A DNA stretch of 64,000 nucleotides from Sedimentisphaerales bacterium (GCA_963708075.1 OY970194.1:6784001-6848000), one strand, 5' to 3'; counted from the stretch's first letter, positions 31,917-42,889 are shown. Notes: a model not told the origin generated them from the sequence alone. Numbers and translations are program-made.

Positions 31917-33107
31917 ATGGCTGACAGGATCCCAGAAGGATTAGCCGAACCACCCCGTGCTACGAGGGCGCCGTCGGTGCTGCTGTTCGTGGAAACGTCG
32001 CGCGAGTTCGGGCGCGGGCTGCTGCACGGCATCGCACGGTACTCGCGGCTGCACGGTCCCTGGCGGGTGTATCGCTGGCCGGGTGCGCTGGACTCGTTGC
32101 TGCCGGAGTGGAAGCACCTGAAGATCGACGGGGCCATTGTCCGCGACGTCAAGGCGGTGGAGGGCATGGCCCATTCCGGCCTGCCCGTGATTTTCGCCCA
32201 GCACAACAAGGACAGCTATGCGCCGTTCCCTGCGATCATCACCGATAGCGCCGCCATCGGGTACATGGCCGCCGAGCACTTTCTGGACCGCGGATTCCAG
32301 AATTTCGCCTACTGCGGGCTCGAGGAGCTTCTCTGGTCGAGAAGGCGTGCAGAGCACTTCGCTCAGCGTCTGACACAGGCCGGTTTCGAGGTCAATGCAT
32401 ACAGCCAGCCGGTCTCGAGGGCCGGCCGCAATTCCGGCAAGGGGCAGAGCCGCCTTGCCGACTGGCTGCGACGTCTGCCCAAGCCGGTGGCGGTCATGTG
32501 CTGCAATGATGACCGGGCCCTGCAGGTCGTCGAGGCCTGCAAGGCGGCGGACCTTCGCGTGCCCGACGACGTGGCCGTGCTCGGCGTCGACAACGACGTG
32601 CTTGTGTGCGACCTGGCCGACCCGCCCATCTCCAGCATTGCACTGGACACGGAGACTGCCGGACATGAGGCCGCCAGGCTGCTGGACCAGCTCATGAAGG
32701 GCGGCGAAATGGCCGGCCAGGAGATCCCGGTCCGCCCCACCCATATCGTGACGCGCATGAGCACGGACATCCTGACCGTGACCGATTCGGATGTCGCCGC
32801 AGCGCTGCGATTCATCCGCTGCAATCCAAACCGCCTGATCCAGGTGGACGACGTGGTCGAGGCGACGAACGTGTCGCGCCGCGTGCTGGAGAAGCGATTC
32901 AAGGCGATCCTGCGCCGCTCCGTGCACCAGGAAATCCGGAGGATTCGCGTCAACAACATCATCCCGCTGCTGGTGGGCACGGATATGAGCATCACGGAGA
33001 TCGCCCTGCACTGTGGTTTCGACGGCGTCGAGCACATCTCCCGCTACTTCCGCAAGGAAACCGGCGCCAGCCTCCGAGACTACCGCCGCCAACACGCGCC
33101 AAGATAG
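31917..33107 (+). CDS. XylR-type regulator (periplasmic-binding-protein-like domain plus AraC HTH)
   Basis: LPKPVAVMCCND.RA, VP.DVAVLGVDND, C-terminal SRR.LEKRF...IALHCGF....YFRK..G. Confidence 0.9.
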   Translation: MADRIPEGLAEPPRATRAPSVLLFVETSREFGRGLLHGIARYSRLHGPWRVYRWPGALDSLLPEWKHLKIDGAIVRDVKAVEGMAHSGLPVIFAQHNKDSYAPFPAIITDSAAIGYMAAEHFLDRGFQNFAYCGLEELLWSRRRAEHFAQRLTQAGFEVNAYSQPVSRAGRNSGKGQSRLADWLRRLPKPVAVMCCNDDRALQVVEACKAADLRVPDDVAVLGVDNDVLVCDLADPPISSIALDTETAGHEAARLLDQLMKGGEMAGQEIPVRPTHIVTRMSTDILTVTDSDVAAALRFIRCNPNRLIQVDDVVEATNVSRRVLEKRFKAILRRSVHQEIRRIRVNNIIPLLVGTDMSITEIALHCGFDGVEHISRYFRKETGASLRDYRRQHAPR

Positions 33108-33135
33108 CATCACTCGCGATTGCCTGGATCGCACA

Positions 33136-34238
33136 TCATGGAAGTTTGCCCTGCAGCCACCGCAGCTCGGCGATGATAGAGTCCACCAGGGGCGGCTTGG
33201 AGCCCGGCACCATCGCGAAGGAATAGGTCTCCACTTCCAGGTGCTTGTTGCCGGTGGATAAGACCTCGCGCAAAAAGCTGTCCTCCAGCAGGTCCGCTGT
33301 GGACTGCACCGGCGGCGCACCCAGTTCAGCGGAACGTGGAAGTGGACCCGCCATTCGCCGTCGGGAGCCTGAGCAATCGCGTCGGGCAAATCCGCAAACT
33401 GCATGGGTTTCCCTTTGGCACGCACCCGCGTCTGGTGCAGGTAGGTGTCGTCGCAGAACGGTCGCAAAGATTCAGGATTCTGCGCCTCTGCATGTCGGGA
33501 CACGTCTATCTTCAAAGATGCCGATGTCTGGATCTTCGGGACGGCGATACCTGCAACAGAGAACTGGCGGAACCATCGCTTCGGCGATTCGAATACCACG
33601 GCGGCGTGACAGCAGTCGACGCAGACGCCGATGTATCGCTGTGCACGGAGGTCGCGGTCGAAGAGAATCTCAAAGAAATCGAGTGTTGAGGCCTCAGAGT
33701 CGAGCAGGCAATCCGGCTCGGGCTCAAGGGCCAGAATGACTCGCTTGCCGGTCTCCTGCTCGATCTTGGCCAGTTCATCCGCCATTGACAAGAGGCTGTT
33801 CATCGCCTCGGGCTTGGCCTGCTTGCCGTAGTGACACGGGACGGTCGAGATGGTGCCGGTCTCGCCTTCAGGCAGGAGCTTGGCCAGGATGCGGGCCAGG
33901 TCCCGCGTATAGGCGGTCCGCTCGGGACATGTCCAATCGGGTAGATATACATCCTCCTTGACGCGCCGGCCGTGGAATTGGCCGTACGGGAAGCCATTGA
34001 TCGTCACGGCATAGAAACCGCTGTCATCGAGGAATGCTTTGAAGTCGTCGGTCATGGGCAACAATTCGCCGGCGGCGAGGCGGCTCAGCCGCAGTCCCAG
34101 GCCGAACGGCTCGCGCGGACAGACTGCGGCCTTCACGGCAGCGGCGTACTGCCGGATCGCCGACTTGACTTCCTCCAGGCTCTCGCCCGGATGGATGTTA
34201 AGACAATACATGAGATGATTGCCGTTTCCCAGCTTCAT
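33136..34238 (-). CDS. eboE: EboE (xylose-isomerase-like TIM barrel), split by a frameshift near 33321
   Basis: YCLNIHPGE, NGFPYG.FH...VKE.VY.PDW, LALEPEP, YLHQ, WRVHFHVP; the C-terminal HLEVETY lies in ORF 33136-33354; one missing G restores the frame. Confidence 0.85.
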
Positions 34239-35388
34239 GGTTATCCCGGCCGAAAGTCTCTTCCATCTCCTGCACGACGCGCTCGATCTCACCGTACGAC
34301 AGATCGTGTATCTGGCAACTGTTCCCCAGTTCCTTCGGCATGACGAGCGTCAGCTCGCCGCCGAGGTGCTCGCGAAACTCCTCCAGTCCATGGTAGACGC
34401 TCATCGTCCCGTCCTTTTCGCGATGGCCGAGTGCCGGATGCCATACCGGCAGACCCGTCGCCCGCAAGGCGTTGACGACCGCCGCATGGTCCTGCGGGCT
34501 GATCAGTCCACGGTCCCGGGCAATCCCCAGATCCAGAGTGATTCCGATGGCCACCGCCTCGCCGTGACGGAGCTCGTATCCGCTCCGCACTTCAAGGCAG
34601 TGTGCGCTCCAGTGGCCGAAATCCAGCGGACGTGCCGAGCCCGCCTCGAACGGATCGCCGCCCGTGGCGATGTGATCGGCGTGCAGCCTGGCGCAGCGCA
34701 TGATCGTCTCTTCCATGGCTCGCTCATCCCTCGCCTTCAGTGCCTTGGAGTGGTCGATCAAGAACGAGAGGAAACTGCGATCCTTGATGATGGCCACTTT
34801 GAACGCCTCAGAAACTCCCGCGATCCAGTCTCGTGGGGACAGCGTCTGCAAGAGGCTCAGGTCATTTATCACGGCCCACGGCGGTGTGAAGGTGCCCAGG
34901 AAGTTCTTGGCCCCGAGGAAGTTGATGCCGTTTTTCACTCCGATCCCGGAATCGCACTGCGCGAGCACGGTGCTTGGCAGGCGGATGTGGCGAATGCCCC
35001 GGTGGGTGATAGATGCCGCGAATCCCACGGCATCCAGGACCGCTCCGCCGCCCACGATCACGACGCACGAATGGCGGTCCAGATGGTGGTCTCGCAGAAT
35101 TCCCGCGATCCGCAGGAAGTATTCCGGGTCGTTCTTGCAGGCCTCTCCGCCCTGTACCGTGACAAGGGGGCAAGGCCTGATGCTATCCCGATGGTTATGC
35201 AGCCACTGTTCAATCTGGGGCCGCAGTTGGGGCTGGGCCTGCTCAAGCCCCGAATCCAGGAAGACAGCCACTTTGGGCCGGGACCCTTGGATCCGGCTCC
35301 GCAGCACGTCGTTGCCCGGGGTGAACACGTCCCGCGTAAAGCAGATCGCGTAGCGAAACGTAACCTGGATTTCCTGTTCCAGCTTCAT
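34198..35388 (-). CDS. eboD: 3-dehydroquinate-synthase-like sugar phosphate cyclase
   Basis: GGEACKN, GGGAVLD, DSGIGVKN, RPLDFGHWSAH, HGEAV, GLEEFREHLGGELT. Confidence 0.88.
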   Translation of the reverse strand: MKLEQEIQVTFRYAICFTRDVFTPGNDVLRSRIQGSRPKVAVFLDSGLEQAQPQLRPQIEQWLHNHRDSIRPCPLVTVQGGEACKNDPEYFLRIAGILRDHHLDRHSCVVIVGGGAVLDAVGFAASITHRGIRHIRLPSTVLAQCDSGIGVKNGINFLGAKNFLGTFTPPWAVINDLSLLQTLSPRDWIAGVSEAFKVAIIKDRSFLSFLIDHSKALKARDERAMEETIMRCARLHADHIATGGDPFEAGSARPLDFGHWSAHCLEVRSGYELRHGEAVAIGITLDLGIARDRGLISPQDHAAVVNALRATGLPVWHPALGHREKDGTMSVYHGLEEFREHLGGELTLVMPKELGNSCQIHDLSYGEIERVVQEMEETFGRDNHEAGKRQSSHVLS

Positions 35389-35397
35389 CCTGCGATA

Positions 35398-36681
35398 TCA
35401 TCCCAAAAGAGTCTTGATGCTTCGGGCCAGCCCCAGCAGCGAGCTTGGATGCTCCGGCAACTCGACGTTTGACGCGAAGGCGACGGGCTCATCCGCATCA
35501 ACCCGGCCGTGCGTTCCTCGTATTCTGGACGGATTCTGCGAGACTCGCATCGGCGGCCACCCAAAGAACAGCTCACACGGGTCATAGCCGGGCTTGTTGT
35601 GGATATCCACGTGCGCGGCATAGTCCGGTGCTTCCCGCAGGTTGTCCCACCAGCGGTAGTCGAACCAGTATCCTCGCTTTGCCACAAGGATCAGATCGCC
35701 GCTCCGTGGATGCTCGATGCCCACCTCCGCCTTGGCCGGCCCATCGAGAACGCGATCTACACCCTCCAGAGCCTGCAACGATTCTCTCACAGCCTGCATC
35801 GTTCCCTTGTCCCACACGTGGACATGGGCGATCTGGTGATCCACGACGCAGAAAGCCTGACTGCCGGGCAGGTACGGGTACAGCATCCGCTTGACCTGTC
35901 TGGTCCGCAACCATCTTTGCTGCCGAAGCGTCCTGTTCGGAAAGACCACACCGGTGGCCCGGGTGATTGGATAATCGCCGAAGACGACGGCGTCGTAACC
36001 TTGGCTGCGAGACTGAGCGACCATGCGGGCAACCAGGGCATCGAGCTGCCGGCAAGCTCTCTCGGCTGCGCTGGAGTCCGGGCCGTATCTCTGCAGCGCG
36101 TAATCGAGGTGTGGGATGTAGCTGTAGAGCAGATTCGGGCGTTCGTGCGCCATGACGCTTTCGGTCGCAGCCGCAATCCATCGGCTCGAGCGGATCGAGG
36201 CCAGCGGACCCCAGTAGCTCTGGAGTGGGAAGACGCCAAGCTCTTTGTGCAGCCGGGTGTGCAATTCCTCAGGCAGCGCGATGCTTTCGAGGATCATCCC
36301 GCCGTGATGCTTGTGAATGGGCGCAGGCGAGTAGACGACATCCGCATCCGGCCCCAGTGACTGCTGAATGAAGAGTTGTCCGACGGTGCCTCCTCGCCGG
36401 CGCAGGTCGTCCCAAATGCGTGGACCCTGCATCAATCGGCTGCTCTGCTCCCAGAACAGAGGCTTCCACAACTCAGTGGAAAAGAACCCGTTGCCGACGA
36501 TCCCATGGTCACTCGCAGGCGCGGCCGTGCGCATTGTCGCCTGCACCGGGCAGGTCAGTGCGGGGAACATGCCCGTCATGGGTGTGGCGGCGAGACCTCC
36601 CAACTCGGCCTTGCCCAGGCTTCTGGTCAGGAAGTTGTACCCGAGTCCTGCCACCTGAAGGAGAAGGATTCTTCGCTCCAT
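35398..36681 (-). CDS. eboF: Nucleotide pyrophosphatase/alkaline phosphatase superfamily protein
   Basis: FPALTCPVQA, HGIVGNG, Y.PHLDY.LQR.GP, VDIH.KPGYDP.EL. Confidence 0.85.
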   Translation of the reverse strand: MERRILLLQVAGLGYNFLTRSLGKAELGGLAATPMTGMFPALTCPVQATMRTAAPASDHGIVGNGFFSTELWKPLFWEQSSRLMQGPRIWDDLRRRGGTVGQLFIQQSLGPDADVVYSPAPIHKHHGGMILESIALPEELHTRLHKELGVFPLQSYWGPLASIRSSRWIAAATESVMAHERPNLLYSYIPHLDYALQRYGPDSSAAERACRQLDALVARMVAQSRSQGYDAVVFGDYPITRATGVVFPNRTLRQQRWLRTRQVKRMLYPYLPGSQAFCVVDHQIAHVHVWDKGTMQAVRESLQALEGVDRVLDGPAKAEVGIEHPRSGDLILVAKRGYWFDYRWWDNLREAPDYAAHVDIHNKPGYDPCELFFGWPPMRVSQNPSRIRGTHGRVDADEPVAFASNVELPEHPSSLLGLARSIKTLLG

Positions 36682-36682
36682 A

Positions 36683-37588
36683 TCAACTCCCATGAAACCG
36701 CCTCGCCACGCCTTCAGCAGCGACGAACATCAGGACCAGAACGCCGACGGCGGATCGATTGAACCATGCGGGATTCTGAGCCAGGGAAAACGCAACGAGC
36801 AGAATCTGGAGCAGGATCAGGCCGCGAATCAGGGCGCCGATCTTCTTCGGTGTCTCCCCGGCATGCGGCCCCGGATCCGCGAGCGTTGTAGAGAGCCACC
36901 CGAGAAGGACGGCCAATGGAATTATCACGACGGGTGGAACGACCTGCAGGGAAAGGAATAATATCGGACTCGCGATCAGGACGACCGCCGGAGGCAGCGA
37001 CCATTTCCATCGCGCCGGTGGCCTATCCACTTCGCCATGAGCGAGCAGGCTCACACAGAGGATGTACAATGTCTCCAGTCCTGCTCCAACGAGAACCGGC
37101 GCGGAGGCCAGTCCACCCATGACGCCGGCTCCCAGAAGCACATTGCACCCGCGGCACAGGCCCATGACCGCGAACCCTGTGAGGGGAATCCTTCTGGCGG
37201 GACCGTTGTAGAGGAGGATAAGTCCAGAAAGAACGCAGGTCGTAATCCAGAATTGCGTCACGCCGGTCAAAAAGCTCAAGGCAATCGCTGCACCCATGAG
37301 CACCAGAGATGCAGTACAGGCGTGGGTGGCGCTGACTCTCCCTGAAGGTATAGGACGTTCCGGACGCTCCCTCGCGTCGGTGTGACGATCCATATAGTCA
37401 TTGAGAATCAGCCCGGACATGTAGAGCAGTAGAGAGGCCAAGACAGCGGGAAGCAGGAGGGACGCGTTCTGGGTGGCGATCCCTGCAAGGGCGGCTCCCG
37501 CCAGGATGTCACCAGGGATAGTGAAGAGATTGGGCGGACGCACCAGCTCCAGCCATCCCCGCAGACTGCCCGCCCGATGCGGCTGCAC
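36683..37588 (-). CDS. eboC: UbiA-family prenyltransferase
   Basis: LVRPPNLFT, NDYMD...DARERPERPIPSG, MGLCRG.NVLLG; probable GTG start at 37588. Confidence 0.87.
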   Translation of the reverse strand: MQPHRAGSLRGWLELVRPPNLFTIPGDILAGAALAGIATQNASLLLPAVLASLLLYMSGLILNDYMDRHTDARERPERPIPSGRVSATHACTASLVLMGAAIALSFLTGVTQFWITTCVLSGLILLYNGPARRIPLTGFAVMGLCRGCNVLLGAGVMGGLASAPVLVGAGLETLYILCVSLLAHGEVDRPPARWKWSLPPAVVLIASPILFLSLQVVPPVVIIPLAVLLGWLSTTLADPGPHAGETPKKIGALIRGLILLQILLVAFSLAQNPAWFNRSAVGVLVLMFVAAEGVARRFHGS

Positions 37589-37596
37589 TCGCTCGA

Positions 37597-38439
37597 TTAG
37601 GGCTGCCGCTGGTACTGAGATACGGGAATCGGGGCAATGTCGTAGTTGGGCTTCCATTTCGCAGATTGGCCGTAGAACTTGCTTGCGTTGTCGTGGAAGA
37701 GCATCTGGAGCGTTTGCTCGTCATGCCCATCCTGTCTCAGGAATTCGATGGTCTTCGGCAGTGATAGAGGGTCGGAAACCCCCCAATCCGCGCTGCCGTT
37801 GACGATCATCCGCTCGGCTCCATACTCTCGGACGATTTCCGACACCCGCTGAGGATTCAGCTTGGAATAGGGGTACACCGTGAGCCCGGTAAAACACGCC
37901 GTCTCACGAGTGATGGGCATTGTGTCCTCGGTGTTGTGGTCGATCTCGATGCGGCGTTGGGTGAGTCCCTCGGCCCGGATGATGTCCACCGTGATGCGAG
38001 CGCCTCGCGCTTTATCGAAATGCGGCAGGTGCACCAGCACGGGCATTTGTCGCGACTCCGCCATCAGCAGTTGCTTGCGGAATGCGTAAATCTCGTTTTC
38101 AGTAATGTTATTCAGGCCGATCTCCCCAACGCCCAGGCAACGGGGATGCTCCAGGTACTCATCCATGCCCGCGACCACCTCATCGACCAGCGCCCGGTTC
38201 TCCGCCTCTTTCGGATTGCAGGAGATACAGCAGAAGTGGTCGATGCCGTAGCGTGCCGCGCGAACGGGCTCGAAAGTCAGGAGCAGGTGGAAGTAGTCGA
38301 AGAAAGTCCCTGCGTACCGGCGGTTGGCGCCCAGCCAGAAGGAGGGCTCCACCACGACGCGGATGCCGGCCCGGTACATGGCCTGATAATCATCCGTCGT
38401 TCGCGAGTACATGTGAATATGTGGTTCGATGATGTACAC
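37597..38439 (-). CDS. eboB: TatD-like hydrolase
   Basis: PHIHMYSRTTDDY, EPSFWLG, NPKEA, GEIG, IDHN.E, SADWGVSDPL. Confidence 0.87.
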   Translation of the reverse strand: MYIIEPHIHMYSRTTDDYQAMYRAGIRVVVEPSFWLGANRRYAGTFFDYFHLLLTFEPVRAARYGIDHFCCISCNPKEAENRALVDEVVAGMDEYLEHPRCLGVGEIGLNNITENEIYAFRKQLLMAESRQMPVLVHLPHFDKARGARITVDIIRAEGLTQRRIEIDHNTEDTMPITRETACFTGLTVYPYSKLNPQRVSEIVREYGAERMIVNGSADWGVSDPLSLPKTIEFLRQDGHDEQTLQMLFHDNASKFYGQSAKWKPNYDIAPIPVSQYQRQP

Positions 38440-38974
38440 GGACGGTCCTCGTAATCATCCCAACGCAGTGCCCGCGCCTGCACGCGTGCGCCGGCACGTT
38501 TTACTCATCGGACGAGACCAGAGGCGTATTTAGCCAAAAGGCCCCTCACAAGGTCAGAACCTGAGGCGGTGGTCGTTGGGCAGCCTTAAACCGGCCCTGC
38601 CCAGGCGGGAAACGGCGCATGACCGCGGCAAGCGGAGAAAAGCTTGTGCTTGACTTTGCGGCGGTGGAAACTACAATAACGATAGAGTCCTCGCGAGTGC
38701 AGGCGGTGGATCATTGCAGGAGCGAGGGAAATGTACGCCCGATGCGTTGGACTGCCTGTGTGGAGATGATGAACGTGCAGCGGCGGATCTAGAATCCGTC
38801 CGTACGGCGGAGGCTGGTCGTTTCAAGCCCTTTCCCAAAGATTGTATTCGGGGTGAGCCTGATATCCGGCCCCGTGAGGACCTGTTGCTGCCATCCCACA
38901 GACGCGGCGTGAGTCTCGTCCTGTCATACGGCCAAGACGATGGTATGCCGGGCGAGTGAGAAAGAAGGGACAAA

Positions 38975-41900
38975 ATGGCGACTGGGAGTGTGGAGATGAA
39001 CAGAACACGGCGGAATGAGCGAAGCAGAAGAATCCAATCGGCGGTTGTGGCGGCTGCCCTATTGATTGCGGGTGTCACCCTATCCGGAGCTCAGGTGTCG
39101 CAGCAGCAGGGGAGCGAAATCGCCTCTCCCGATGCGGGGACAGGACAAGCATCCCGGCTCTTACCCAACTATGCCCAGGGCGAGGTCATCGTCAAACTCA
39201 AGGAGTCGCGGACCGCCGGGATTCAGGCGTTGTCTCAGGAGGCGGCCCTGCAGAAGTATCGGGCGAGCCTCCTGCGCCTCCGGGAGAGGTACGGAGTGGA
39301 GGACCAGGGCCCGGTATTCCATCGCACGCGCGAGGGGCTGCGATACCGCGTCCTGAAGACGCAGCGGAGTGTCCCGGCCGTCTGTGCTGAGCTGAACGCC
39401 GACCCGGAAGTGGAGTATGCGCAGCCGAATTACATCTATCGACCCTGCCGGACACCGAACGATCCGGATTTCCCCGACCAGTACGCACACCAACTGATCC
39501 AGATGGAGGACGCGTGGGACATCAGCACCGGCAGCCATGACGTGATTGTGGCCGTCATCGGCACGGGCGTGGATGTCAACCATCCCGATCTGAAGGACAA
39601 CATCTGGGTGAACAAGGCGGAGGTCCCCGACAACGAACTGGATGATGACGGGAATGGGTACATCGACGACGTCCACGGCTGGAACTTCGGCGAATCCAAC
39701 AACAATGTCACGCCCGAGGCGGAGGACTATTACGAGGATATCATCAACCACGAAACGCAGGTCGCCGGCGTCATTGCCGCGGTGGGCAACAACGGCAAAG
39801 GGGTGAGCGGCGTCAACTGGCAATGCAGCATCATGGCGCTGAGGCTGGGCCTGGCCTACTATTCCGACGAGGTGGCGGCCGCCCTGGACTACGCCGCCGC
39901 CAACGGGGCCCGGGTGGTCAACATGAGCTTCGGCGGAGACGTCTTCGGCCCCGAGGGCGACAAGGTCGTCAATACGGCGATCGATAATGCCTATCAGAAG
40001 GGCGTCCTGCTGGTGGCCAGCGCGGGCAATTCAGACTCGAGCCGGCCGCATTATCCGGCCGCCTATCCCAACGTCATGGCCGTCGCCTCCACGAATGGCG
40101 AGGACCTCAAGACCGGCCATAGCACGTTCGGTCCCTGGGTGGATATTGCCGCCCCCGGCACGGACATCGTCACCACCGATCTCGGTAACGAGTACATTGC
40201 CACGGCGGGAACGTCCTTCTCTGCTCCGTACGTCGCGGCCGTGGCGGCCCTGCTATTTGCACATCGGCCCGGATTGACCCACGTGGAAGCCAGGGCCATT
40301 CTCGAAAACACGACCGACCCCATCGGCTACGGCGACGTCGATCCGAATCTGGGATACCTCGGCACCGGGCGGGTCAACGCCTACCAGGTCCTGCTGGCGG
40401 CGGATGAGAAGCTGCCTCTGGGCGAGATTGCGGCGCCAAAACCGAACCAGGTCTTTGCGCCGGATGTCAATGCCGTCGAGTTGTGCTTCTTCGTGCACGG
40501 CGACTCCTATCAGCTTGACTACCGCCTCTATGGGCAAGGCGAATGGACAAAGATCAGTGATGGCAATTCCCCGACGGACCCGAATGGTCTGGTGCGTGTC
40601 TCGTTGACGAATGTGGGCGTGGGGACATACGAGCTGCGTCTGCGCGTGAGCGTGGGTGGGCGCACGCACACGGATCGCAAGGTATTCGGCATCGAGATGG
40701 CGCCGGCCCAGGCCTATTGGCCCAAACCCGCGAAGCCGGTGGGGGAGGATGACATGCCGGAGGATATCTTTCTGGGCAGTCCGATCTGCATGGACGCGGA
40801 TGGGGATGGAGACAACGAGATCATCCAGTGTGCGGTGGACTGGTACAGCTACCTGGGCGGTGGAAAGGTGAACATTTGGAACGCCGACGGCAACTCTCTG
40901 CCCAATTGGCCTGTGGAATTCGCGTCGGATGATCCCTGGGCATTGACGGTCTTCATGCCTACCAACGTGGCCGTAGGTGACATTGATGGTGACGGCGGCT
41001 ACGAGGTGGTCGTTGCCTCCGAGTACGACAACCTGATGTACGCGTATCACGTTCAGAGCGGCAAGATCGTGGACGGCAACTGGCCCGCCCAATTTGGCAC
41101 GTGGGCCGGGACCCTGTCCGCGGGCCCTGTGCTGGCCGACCTCGATGGCGATGGGGATAGTGAAATCCTTCTGGCCCTCAATGCGGAATCGAGCGAGGAC
41201 GGTGGCTTGTACGCCTTCCATGGTGATGGCAGTCTTCTGTGGGAGCGGCGTTACACGTCGGAGGGCCCGATCAGCGTGGCCGACTTCGACGGTGATGGCG
41301 ATGTGGAGATCTCACTGTGCGGATATGGCCCGGGCCTGAGCCGAGTCTATACCTTCATCCTCGACCACCAGGGACAGCAGGTCGCACGGTGGAAAGGCGG
41401 CAGCCCGAAGGGAACGGCCGTTGCCGACATAGACGGCGACGGCAAGCAGGAGTTGATCTTCTGCACGGAGGAGGAGGTCACGGTGGGCCGTACCAACGGC
41501 AGCACGGTCTGGAAGAAGAAGGTGTCCGATCCGCTTGAGGAGGCCGGGAGTCTCACTGTAGGAGATACGGATGGCGATGGCTACGGCGAGGTCTACGTCG
41601 CCACGTACATCGCCGAGGCGGATGGCTTCGCCTTCACTCGTCTCTACGGCTTTGACTACAAGGGCCGCGAGCTGACAGATGCCGGTTTCCCGAAGATTGT
41701 CCTGGGTAGTCCGGCCAAGAGCGTTCCGTTGATCGCGGAGATCGACGGCGACGGGCAAAAGGAGCTGATCTTCGCCCCATGGGGCGAGCCGCTCATGGCG
41801 TGGGAGTCCGACGGCTCGGTCACGCCGGGATTCCCCATGCTGGGTCTGCCGGGGTTTGGCGAGGTCAGCCCCGCCGTGGCGGATCTCGATCAGGATGGCG

Positions 41901-42805
41901 ACGTGGAACTCATGACCATTGCCGACTACCGCTTCCACGTCCTTGATCTGCCCTCGCCGTACACCCCTGGACTGATTGATTGGGGCATGGCGGGGCACGA
42001 TCCGCAGAACTCCAGGTGGCTTTCCGTGGGACCGAAGCTGGACCCGGTATCGGTGCCGACCGAAATTCACCCCGGCCAGCGGTTCCAAGTGCAGTTCACC
42101 GCCTCGAACCCGGCCAACCGCACGCTGCGCTGGTGCATGGGCAATCTGCCCGAAGGGGCGTACTATGACGCACAGAGCCGCACGTTCTTCTGGAAGCCGA
42201 CGGCCGACCAGGTGTTCGACGTCCAGACGCTCTCCTTCCTTGTGACCGACGGCATCCTGCAGGACAGCCGCAGCATGTCGGTTGTCGTTGTCCCGGACGC
42301 CATCTACTATGCCGCCATGGATGCGGACCCGAACTGGACGCTGGATGAGGGCTGGGCCTGGGGTCCGCCTACCGGGAAGGGCTCGTGGAATGGCGACCCA
42401 TCCGCCGGACACAGAGGCGAGAATGTCATCGGCTACGCCCTCGACGGTGACTATGCCAACGACTTGGCCCAGCCTCGTTACGCTACGACCGGCCCGATCA
42501 ACTGCGGGCAGTACAGGAACATCCGGCTGAGCTTCTGGCGTTGGCTGGGCGTCGAATCGCCATACGATCAGGCCTCGGTGCAGGTGTCGAACGATGGGAC
42601 CACCTGGGTGGATCTGTGGGTCTCCGGCTGGTCCCACATCTCCGACGATGCCTGGCAGTTCGTGGAGTATGTCGTTCCGCCGGCCGTCGGCGATGGTCGG
42701 GCGACGGTGTACTTCCGCTGGGGCCTCGGACCGACCGATGACTCCGTGGTCTATCCCGGCTGGAATATCGACGATGTCCAGATCACAGGAGATCGCGTCC
42801 AGTAA
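38975..42805 (+). CDS. Secreted S8 subtilase-family protein with FG-GAP-like repeats, Ig-like and jelly-roll C-domains; catalytic Asp position is Gly
   Basis: VEYAQPNY, VAVIGTGVD, HETQVAG, SAGN, GTSFSAP; repeated D.DGDG..E. Confidence 0.88.
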   Translation: MATGSVEMNRTRRNERSRRIQSAVVAAALLIAGVTLSGAQVSQQQGSEIASPDAGTGQASRLLPNYAQGEVIVKLKESRTAGIQALSQEAALQKYRASLLRLRERYGVEDQGPVFHRTREGLRYRVLKTQRSVPAVCAELNADPEVEYAQPNYIYRPCRTPNDPDFPDQYAHQLIQMEDAWDISTGSHDVIVAVIGTGVDVNHPDLKDNIWVNKAEVPDNELDDDGNGYIDDVHGWNFGESNNNVTPEAEDYYEDIINHETQVAGVIAAVGNNGKGVSGVNWQCSIMALRLGLAYYSDEVAAALDYAAANGARVVNMSFGGDVFGPEGDKVVNTAIDNAYQKGVLLVASAGNSDSSRPHYPAAYPNVMAVASTNGEDLKTGHSTFGPWVDIAAPGTDIVTTDLGNEYIATAGTSFSAPYVAAVAALLFAHRPGLTHVEARAILENTTDPIGYGDVDPNLGYLGTGRVNAYQVLLAADEKLPLGEIAAPKPNQVFAPDVNAVELCFFVHGDSYQLDYRLYGQGEWTKISDGNSPTDPNGLVRVSLTNVGVGTYELRLRVSVGGRTHTDRKVFGIEMAPAQAYWPKPAKPVGEDDMPEDIFLGSPICMDADGDGDNEIIQCAVDWYSYLGGGKVNIWNADGNSLPNWPVEFASDDPWALTVFMPTNVAVGDIDGDGGYEVVVASEYDNLMYAYHVQSGKIVDGNWPAQFGTWAGTLSAGPVLADLDGDGDSEILLALNAESSEDGGLYAFHGDGSLLWERRYTSEGPISVADFDGDGDVEISLCGYGPGLSRVYTFILDHQGQQVARWKGGSPKGTAVADIDGDGKQELIFCTEEEVTVGRTNGSTVWKKKVSDPLEEAGSLTVGDTDGDGYGEVYVATYIAEADGFAFTRLYGFDYKGRELTDAGFPKIVLGSPAKSVPLIAEIDGDGQKELIFAPWGEPLMAWESDGSVTPGFPMLGLPGFGEVSPAVADLDQDGDVELMTIADYRFHVLDLPSPYTPGLIDWGMAGHDPQNSRWLSVGPKLDPVSVPTEIHPGQRFQVQFTASNPANRTLRWCMGNLPEGAYYDAQSRTFFWKPTADQVFDVQTLSFLVTDGILQDSRSMSVVVVPDAIYYAAMDADPNWTLDEGWAWGPPTGKGSWNGDPSAGHRGENVIGYALDGDYANDLAQPRYATTGPINCGQYRNIRLSFWRWLGVESPYDQASVQVSNDGTTWVDLWVSGWSHISDDAWQFVEYVVPPAVGDGRATVYFRWGLGPTDDSVVYPGWNIDDVQITGDRVQ

Positions 42806-42889
42806 ATTGCGAATTGATGATTGCGGATTGCGGATTGGGCAGATTTCCAATCTGCAATCCGCGATCGTTGCGCGGAGTACCTGCCCTCG

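Noticed and set aside
31941..34292. 783-aa apparent EboE fusion
   Set aside because: It is read-through caused by the frameshift near 33321 into the antisense of the regulator gene.
38650..38970. Long leader before the S8 gene (TTGACT-16-TACAAT) as a riboswitch
   Set aside because: No known aptamer consensus could be matched by eye; an Rfam/Infernal scan is needed.
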